Below are positions 54,894 through 64,000 of a stretch of DNA of 64,000 nt, in pieces. Location: contig OX597834.1 in the NCBI GenBank assembly GCA_951406725.2, positions 40,300,001 to 40,364,000 on the forward strand. Direction: 5' to 3'. The notes beneath the pieces were generated by a model. The model made no database searches and was not told the origin of the DNA. It saw only the letters and a program-made list of their open reading frames with translations. Every line of letters begins with the position of its first letter. Position 1 is the first letter of the stretch. The position numbers and the translations under genes are program-made. Source of the DNA: Octopus vulgaris (lineage: Eukaryota).

Positions 54894-55268
54894 TATTATT
54901 ATTATTATTACTATTATTATTATTATTATTATTATTATTAAGGCGGCGAACTGGCAGAATCGTTAGCACACCGAACGAAATACTGCCAAGTATTTCGTCT
55001 GCCGCTATGTTCTGACTTCCAATTCCGCCGAGGTCGACTTTGCCCTTCATCCTTTCGGGTCGATAAATTAAGTACCAGTCAAGTACTGAGGGTCTATGGT
55101 CTAGACTATTCCCCTCCCCTCAAATTGCTGTTGTACTGGCCAAATGTGAAACCTTTATTATTATCATCATTATTATTACATTAAGGCGGCGAGCTGGCAG
55201 AAACTTTAACACGCCGGTCAAAATGCTTAGCGGCATTTCGTCCGTCTTTACGTTCTGAGTTCAAACCC
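54228..55268. mobile_element. Chain of SINE A1 (+), (TTA)n, family D (-, 54533-54850), (TTA)n, A1 and an A head
   Basis: The elements are separated by TTA tracts. D ends in 4 x 27-bp repeats (54744-54850). Confidence 0.85.
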
Positions 55269-55316
55269 TGCAAGATTCCAGGAGTTACCACAAAACCCGA
55301 GATAAAAAGAATAAGT

Positions 55317-55343
55317 AATGATGATGACGACGACGACGACGAC

Positions 55344-55398
<55 letters not shown>

Positions 55399-55405
55399 GT
55401 GGTGG

Positions 55406-55458
<53 letters not shown>

Positions 55459-55462
55459 TTGG

Positions 55463-55525
<63 letters not shown>

Positions 55526-55543
55526 CGATGATGATGATGATGG

Positions 55544-55589
<46 letters not shown>

Positions 55590-55624
55590 GGTGATGATGA
55601 TGGTGGTGATGGTGATGATGGTGT

Positions 55625-55663
<39 letters not shown>

Positions 55664-55664
55664 C

Positions 55665-55712
<48 letters not shown>

Positions 55713-55725
55713 GGTGATGGTGATA
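55317..55725. repeat. (GAT)n array
   Basis: Directly visible. Confidence 0.97.
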
Positions 55726-56224
55726 ACCCCACCGTGGAAACCTTTCGGTAGTATGGCTTCGTTACAAAATCATTTTGACGTTATTCCATATTCCCCCGTT
55801 GTTACAATGGCCTGCGTTTGGCTATAATTCCTGCCGTCTTAGCAACTGCCAGTGAAGAAGAGTTTACGAAACCCGGTCAACGATTCTGACACTTGTTACT
55901 GCAACAACCTTTTGTCTTTGATGTTACAAACCTTTCGAAAGGAATATTCTCACGCTTTTATTTTGGCGCTGTTTCTTTAGAATTCTCTCTTGCAAAAACC
56001 TTTTGTCTTATAAGGTAGGATCTATAATAGTAATGGATAGAAACATAAAGGTAAGCCGTAATTTCTGTGATGGATGGCAATGTTATCGTCGTAGGCGTAG
56101 TTGTGGCTGTGGCGTAAGAAGCTTACTTTCCAACCACATGGTTCTGGGTTCAATCTCGCTGTATGGCACCTTGGGTAATTGCCTTCTATTATTATTACCT
56201 TGTGAATGAATTTGCTAAACGGAA

Positions 56225-56323
<99 letters not shown>

Positions 56324-56902
56324 CTTTGGGCCTGTGTTTGTCTCCAGTAAATGCTAAACCGGTGTTGGTGTGTTTGGCAGGATGGACTCCCAAAGTAGAA
56401 ACAGCTGTAAGAGTATAGTATTATTCACTCATTTATTATTCACCCCCCACACACACACTAAATAAACATAGACGCACATAGAGATATAAGCATGCGCAAA
56501 TGAAGACATACAATAGAAATACAAAATGGCTGACGGTTAGTAAGGAGAGACACAAATAAGAAAGAAGAAAACAAAGGACCACTGATGCGGTCACAGGAGT
56601 GTGACGAAAGAAATCTGGCCAAAATAAGATTAAGGTTAATGTAAAAAATAAATAACACTGAAGCAAAGTAACACCAAATATATAGTGCGTGTGTTTTTAT
56701 TGGCAAAATGACCATTCTGAAATATAACAAACACTCATTTATTCTTATTTATTTATTTATTTACATCTTTGTTTATTCATTTATACATATGCTTGTAATT
56801 AATAAATAGATCCAATTGATGTTTGCAGGCTGATGTTTGTTAATTAATTATCTTCCTCATTTTCTTCCTTGTCTTATATATATAGCTGAGTACGTATGAG
56901 TG

Positions 56903-57046
<144 letters not shown>

Positions 57047-57204
57047 AACGAAAAACATCCAGTGAAATCCGTGAAGGCAGAGTCAACAGATCTAGTGGTA
57101 ATCCGGGTGGAGTGCTGGTATGTGGATGAGGAGAGGTGCTGAAAGGTCGGGAAGCGGTTCAGACATCTAAGTCCAAAGAGTCGGAAAGTCAATCAGGATC
57201 AAAC

Positions 57205-57335
57205 TGGGCTCTATTGAAGAGCATAGGTTCGAAACGTAAAATACTTTTTTTTCATTTTTCTCGAGCGTGAAACTAATACACTTACTTGTTCAAACACCTG
57301 TCTTCGTCTTTTATTTTTCTATAGATTTCAACCAT
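57205..57335 (+). mobile_element. Decayed P1-type mini-element
   Basis: TTGAAGAGCATAGGTTCGAAACGTAAAA plus the same 3' tail as 5719-5866. Confidence 0.6.
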
Positions 57336-58289
57336 ATGTGAGTATATGTGTGTGCGTGTAAGTATGGTATGACATGGTATGTATGTATGTATGTATATGT
57401 ATGTCTGTATATAAAATAAACCACCGTATGAATAATATATTTATATATGTAGGAGTATGTGTGCATATGTGTGTGCGCGTATATACGCCTGTGCATATGT
57501 GTCTGTATATAAAATACATCTGTGTATGAATGAACTTGTATGCACATGTGTCCATATGCATGCGCGTATATATGTGTGCGTGTGAGTATACAAAATAAAC
57601 CCGTGTATGGCTATATATCCGTGTATACATAAGCGTGTATGTGCATGCATGCATGCACGCGCACACAAACATACACACACACATACGGGGCTGTATAGGT
57701 GTGTGTATATATATAAGAAACGTATTTCATTCTTTTTAAATAAACATAAAAGGTAATTGGAGACCGCAAAATTGAGGAGAGAGAGAGAGAAAAATAACGT
57801 TTGTAAGCCAATATTTCCTTTCGCCCTAATATTTGAATATTGAGCAGATGATCACGTGGTGACTGAATATCGAGCACGAGGATCACGTGACTGAATCGAG
57901 GGTAGAATTACAAAAAAAAAAAACCAAAATAATAATAAAGAAAAATAAAGAAATAAAATGACAGCAAGCAGATATATTGGTTGGTGATATTTCAGACTTT
58001 TCTACTTGGCAGCGGAGATGGATTAGGTGAGTGGTGGTGGTGGTGGTGGAGGTGGTGGTGGTATAGGTAGTGGTGGTGGTGAGGGTGGGGACGGGGGGGG
58101 AGTGGTGTTTTAAAGATAGAAAATGGAATCAATTAATTGGAAGGAAAAAAAAAAGCATAGAAATATAAATACATTAGAATAAAATAAATAAATAAATAAA
58201 AATAGAAATGAAAAGACGGGGAAAAGTGAGAGAAGAAAATGGGAGATAAAAGGACCACATCCGAGTTGTTCTTTTTTCCCTTCTTATAT

Positions 58290-58348
58290 CGTAGTGGTGG
58301 TGGTGGTGGTGATGATGATGATGATGATGACGACGACAATGATGATGG

Positions 58349-58379
<31 letters not shown>

Positions 58380-59138
58380 CATGATGATGGTGGTGATGAT
58401 GATCATGATGATGGTGATGATGGTGGTGATGATCATGATGATGGTGATGATGATGGTGATGATGGTGGTGATGATGATGGTGATGATGACGGTGATGATG
58501 GTAATGACGGTGGTGATGATGATGGTGATGATGATGATGATGATGGTGGTGATGATGATGATGATGATGATGACGATGGTGATGATGGTGGTGATGATGA
58601 TGATGATAGTGATGACGATGATGATGGTGATGATGGTGGTGATGATGCTGATGATGACGGTGATGATGATGATGATGATGATGGTGATGATGATGGTGAT
58701 GATGGTGATGAGGATGATGGTGATGGTGATGTGGTGATGGTGCCGGTGGTGGTGGTGGCGGTAGTGACGATGGTGGTGGTGGTGGTGATAGTAGTGATAG
58801 TGATGCTGGTGATGCTGGTGGTGGCGGTAGCGGAGATGGTAATGGAAGTAGTGGCGATGGTGGTTGTAACAGTGTTGGTTGCGGTGGTGGTGGTGGTGGT
58901 GTGATGTGGAGTGGCGGTGGTGAAGTCATTGTCGAGGTTGTTGTGATTGTTGGTGGCGGTGATGGTGGCGGGGATAGCGAGGTTGATGATGGTGATGGTA
59001 GTAGTGGTGGTGGTAGTGGTGGTGGTGGTGGTGGTGGTGGTGGTGGTGGGTGGTACGATTGTAGGAATGGTGATAATGTGTGATAATTCAGGTAGTAATG
59101 ATGGAGTGGCTGTAATGGCGGTGGTGGTGCAGTAGGGG

Positions 59139-59169
<31 letters not shown>

Positions 59170-59187
59170 TGAGAGAGATAGATTGAT

Positions 59188-59225
<38 letters not shown>

Positions 59226-59550
59226 GTCCATTGCTGACATTACACCTGAACCTATCGATTTTTGTCAAACACTCCTATCGAGAAACCATGATTTAAAGAC
59301 GACGCCTCCAATCTCATTTCACCATGGCGGCGACGACGACGACGGCAGCGGTGGTGGTGGTGGTGGTGGTGGTGGTGGTGGTGGTGGTGGTGGTGGTGGT
59401 GGTGGTGGTGGTGGTGGTGGTGGTGGTGGTGGTGGTGGTGGTGGTGGTGGTGGTGGTGGTGGTGGTGGTGGTGGTGGTTGTGGTGGTGGTGGTGGTGGTG
59501 GTGGTGGTGGTGGTGGTGGTGGTAGTGGTGATTGTGGTAATGGTGGTGGT
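58290..59550. repeat. (GAT)n, (GGT)n and (GA)n arrays
   Basis: Directly visible. Confidence 0.95.
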
Positions 59551-59711
59551 AATGATCGTGAAATATGGATCTGCTAGAGTTGTAATGAATTTGATATTGG
59601 AGGTGGTGGTGGTGGTCGATTTGGTGAGGATGATAATGATAATGTTTGGTAACAATAATAATAATAAGAAGAAGAAATATTTTTGTCAAACACTCCTTCT
59701 ATCGACCTCTA

Positions 59712-60445
59712 TTCAGGAACCTTTCGAGTGGGATGGGCCACTCGACCTCAAGAAAATTTTAACTGTGCCCCACCTACAAGGTCATGCACTGTTTATATTG
59801 ATATGAGATCACCATGTCGCGCACATATAACTGTGATGCATGTGCCTGGTGTACTCTTATCAGACGGGTAGTCATGACGGGTGTACTGGGCTTTGTATAT
59901 TTGTACCCCAGTGTCACTTTGATGGTATGCATTGCTCTCTAACTCAATAATAATAACAATAATAATATGAGCAGAATATTTGCTGTAGCCCATCTTTTTT
60001 TTATGTTTTGTCATGGTATAAAAGATGGACCACAGCAAATATTCTGCTCAATACCACAGCTTTGTTTGTCAGTTTGACCTTAACCAGTTGAGCATGTCCC
60101 TTAGTGGCTGACGATATGTGCATCTCTGACCACGAGCAGAAGTAGTGGGGGAGCATCATAGCCATTTATTGAGAGGGATTCTTTGTGGTTTGAATAATTC
60201 ACCTGGAAACATCCTTAAACAATCCTTATTCAGGGACCTTTTGAGCGGGATGGGTTACTCGACCAGAAGAAAATTCTACCTGGGTCCCGCCTGCAAGGTC
60301 ATGTGCTGTTTATCTTGATATGAGATCACCATGTCGCGCACATATGGTTGTGATGCATGTACTTAGTGTACCCTCATCAGACGGGTAGTAATGATTGGTA
60401 TACTGGGCTTCGTATATTTCACCCCAATGTCACTTTGATAGCATA
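59712..60445 (+). mobile_element. Two family D copies separated by (TAA)n
   Basis: Homologous to 34674-35250. The second copy starts with an inverted 30-bp duplication. Confidence 0.8.
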
Positions 60446-60497
60446 TTAGAACTTTCCATTACCAGTGGCCTAGCGTGTAAAATTTAGTCAATAGATT

Positions 60498-60774
60498 TAT
60501 ATATTATTCATAGAAATACAGTGTACATTTAAACACATAAGAGGCATCCATCGTAGGATTCCTTGCACGCTAGAGAGGACAGTTAAATTCCAAACCACTA
60601 TTAGGGATAAAATTTCGAAGGGAATGATAAACGTTTTTCATTTTTCTTTCCTTTCGAAATTCTATCCATAATAGTTGTTTGGAATTTAACTGTTCTCTCT
60701 AGCGTGCAAAGAGTCCTAGGATGGATGTCTCTTATGTGTTTAAATGTACACCGTATTTATATGAATAATATATA
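60498..60774. mobile_element. Foldback/MITE-like palindrome, ~130-bp arms, TA-flanked
   Basis: TGTACATTTAAACACATAAGAGGCATCCATC..AATTTCGAAGGGAA is mirrored by TTCCTTTCGAAATT..GATGGATGTCTCTTATGTGTTTAAATGTACA. Confidence 0.9.
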
Positions 60775-61471
60775 TATATTTATATGTATATATATATGTG
60801 TGAGTGCTTGTATGTCTGCATGTATGTGGATTTATATGTGGATGTGCATGTGCGCTTGTGGGTGTATATGCATGTGTGTGTGTGTGTGTGTGGGTGCTGC
60901 ACACTCTCCGTAACACCTGTGCAAACACGGTATCGTATTCGTTGGCTATGCGACTCCATATACACACGCAACAATACGAGCAGGAAACACCTCAGGGGAG
61001 TCTTCTGCATGGTAAATACACGGTAGAGTTTCACACTTGTCATAGACTGAAGTGCAACAAGAGAAAAAAAAACGATCTTTGATTAACTGACATTATCTCT
61101 GTAATTAGAAGGCAAAACCTTCCTCTAGGGGTATTTAAAATCTCTCTTTCCTGTAATTGTACTGCTTTCATACAGGGGCTATTATACTCGAAATATTAGA
61201 ACAAATTAAATATGTCTAATATATTTGTTATTCATATGTGTATGTGCATGTGTGTATGTGTGTGTGTATGCATGCATTGCATCCAAACGCAAGCACTTAT
61301 AAGTGTGCATTTATTGATATTGCGAAATAATGTCCAATCAGCGATGATGTAGCCGTGTTTCGCAACTTCCATACGGCTTTAAGCAAACTACAATACGATA
61401 CGTAGAGGCATCCATACATGCATACATACATACATACATGCATGCATACATACATACATACATACATAAAC

Positions 61472-61503
<32 letters not shown>

Positions 61504-62127
61504 GCATACATACATACATATATGCATACATATATGCATACATACATATATGCATGCATACACACATATATGTATACATACAAATAAACATGCATGCATG
61601 CACACATACATTGTTGAAGGCATGTATACTTACATACATAAACACATATCTACAAACATACCTACATACCTACATATACACATACATATATGCATGCATA
61701 CATACACACACATACATGCAAGCATACACATATACATGCATGAAGACATGTAAATATGCATACACACATACATATATACATACATATGCACATACATAAA
61801 TGTATGTATGTATGTATGCATACATACATACATGGATGAAGGCAAGTATACTTACATACATAAACACATACCTACATGCATATACAGGTACATACATGTA
61901 TGTATGTATGCATACATACATGCATACACACTTGTTATATTATGAAGGGAACAACCTCTGAATGATTTTTTACAATAAATATAATACGGACTTAATATTT
62001 CTCGTTTGTGTATTGGCTCTACAGGGAAATCATTCATTTTGCATTACAGTCGACACACATCAGGCTCACAATGCACTATTGAGCTGCTTCTGGTGTGCTC
62101 TAAGATATATATATATATACACACACA

Positions 62128-62164
<37 letters not shown>

Positions 62165-62409
62165 ATTAGGGCTTAGTAAAATAAATTACTTTGCCACATA
62201 CTGAACTAAGTAGAAATAGCAGCCAAAAAACATTTTTTTAGCCATTTCTACTACTTAAAGAAAATTTCTCTCAGATAATGTTTACTCCAGACAGCTCACG
62301 GAGGTTTGGAGGTAAATACAGAAAAATATCACAAGTACATAGATCGTTTGAGTACGTCAACTGAACACTTGGTGAAATTGATTAATTAATTAATTTTACC
62401 CTCAATTGT

Positions 62410-62466
<57 letters not shown>

Positions 62467-62663
62467 AGTAGGTGAATGAATTATCCTATGTTTATCGTCA
62501 GCATGGAAAATTCGTTTAACCGAAACCTGGGTAGCAAATTCACGTCAGAAAACACGGTTGAAGCGACCTGTCAAGGGTAGAAACTCCGGGTTCATGTGTA
62601 GAAATTTGTGTGTTGTATATGAATAAATGAAAGAATGGAGTCGAACGAAGATGTTAACAAAAT

Positions 62664-62759
62664 TCCTTTACTCTCGACACATGTTTCGAAGACAGCATAT
62701 TTTCATTCCGAAGGAATAAAGGGTGCATTATGCAATCTTCTCATCAGGAAAGAAAAGGA
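62664..62759 (-). ncRNA. Type I hammerhead ribozyme in a Penelope pLTR-like element (~62464-62800)
   Basis: Exact core CUGAUGA / GAAA / GUC. Stem I has 11 of 12 pairs; stem II is GAAGA:UCUUC, extended; stem III is short with an ACAUGU palindrome. Confidence 0.82.
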
Positions 62760-63013
62760 GCCTCTCTCACCAACAAGACAAACAAAAATTTCGATGATTG
62801 CCTTACATATGCATACATATGCATACATATGTACATACATACATACACACACACACACACATCTATATATGTATGTATATATTATAGATATATATGTATA
62901 GAGAGCTTTTCTAAAGAGATTATAATTGAAAAACGAAGGAAGCCAGATTTTTTTTCCTTCTTTCAAAAAATCACCATCTTTGATAATAAACGTTTCCATA
63001 TCTGAATACTATG

Positions 63014-63592
63014 ATGGCGCATGGCTTTGTGGTTAGGGTATTTGGCTCACGATCTTACGACCGTGAGTTCAATTCCCGGTGACGCGTCGTGTCCTTGAGC
63101 AAGACACTTTATTTCACGTTGCTCCAGTCCACTCAGCTGGCAAAAATGAGTAGTACCTGTATTTCAAAGGGCCAGCCTTGTCACAGTCTGTGTCATGCTG
63201 AATCTCCCTGAGAACTACGTTAAGGGTATCTGTGTCTGTGGAGTGCTCAGCCACTTGCACGTTAATCTCACGAGCAAGCTGTTCCGTTGATCATATCAAC
63301 TGGAACACTCATCATCGTAACCGACGGAGGACCAATGCATTTGAGAGTACAAGGAGTCAAAGAATAATAAATTTGCATTAGCGAGTACATTAGCGAGTTA
63401 AAGAATGGTAAATGTAGGAGTATAGTGTGGGAGGGTATATAAGGTATATAAAGGGCTCAATCTCCCTGAGAGCTACATTGAGGGTACGGGTGTCTGTGGA
63501 GTGCTCAGCCACTTGCAAGTTAATTTTCACGAGCAGGCTGTTCCATTAATCGGTTCAACTAGAACCCTCGTCGTCGCAACCGACGGAGTGCC
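63014..63592 (+). mobile_element. Full SINE C (H1+T1, 63014-63332) and a second T1 tail fragment (63455-63592)
   Basis: tRNA-like head, a GTGTCCTTGAGCAAGACACTT CORE-like segment, and the T1 tail. Confidence 0.88.
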
Positions 63593-64000
63593 ATATGTCT
63601 GAATACAAAGGAAGGAACCGAAAAATGTTTTCACTCGCCATCGCACAAAATCCTTTGGAGTGAGAGAAAGCAGTTTTTCGACCGCCTTTCTTTCTCTGGG
63701 GTGGTCATTGAAGCACACGCAAGAATTGTGTTACTGAGACCTTAAAATAGAATTGTTCGAAATTAAATATTCTTGCAAATATTCAAATTGTTGAAATTAA
63801 ACGAAAACGAATTTCAACAATTTTTTTTTAAATTCTGTAGTTTCGGCTGGAAATAAAAGATAGGAGCAAGATTTATTATTTTTTTTATTTTTTTGGTTTG
63901 GATTTCTTCGTTTGTCTCTCCGTCATCATCATCATCATCATCATCATCATCGTATTCGTCGTCGTCGTCATCATCATCATCATCATCATCATCACCACCA

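Noticed and set aside
58174-59806. Poly-His, poly-Asp, poly-Pro and poly-Val ORFs (also 43325-44047, 55181-55827, 28444-29004)
   Set aside because: These are trinucleotide arrays with no splice or domain context.

Overview
Eukaryotic, AT-rich, microsatellite-saturated DNA with almost no protein-coding content. The SINE repertoire suggests an octopus (coleoid cephalopod) genome; this is an inference. Nearly all ORFs in the track are translations of simple repeats. The window looks like the 5' intronic region of one minus-strand gene. It has a 72-nt exon at 15000-15071 (MANIDNNWNNCYPCRVEGWLNVW, resembling the N-terminus of SynGAP/DAB2IP/RASAL2-type RasGAPs), a well-formed 21-nt microexon at 36523-36543, and a possible upstream exon at 42250-42547. 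The rest consists of four SINE-like families, decayed Penelope, MULE, Tc1/mariner and RTE remnants, and foldback elements. The most notable signals are: (1) an apparently intact type I hammerhead ribozyme at 62664-62759 (-), plus ~180-200-bp (TA)n-associated mini-elements carrying minimal variant hammerheads; (2) a SINE subfamily that repeatedly appears joined to fixed sites in its own family; (3) a TSD-flanked, ORF-bearing retro-insertion that shares that SINE's 3' tail; (4) all four combinations of two SINE heads and two tails. Family labels (A-D, H/T, P) are my own. All alignments were done by eye, so repeat boundaries are approximate.
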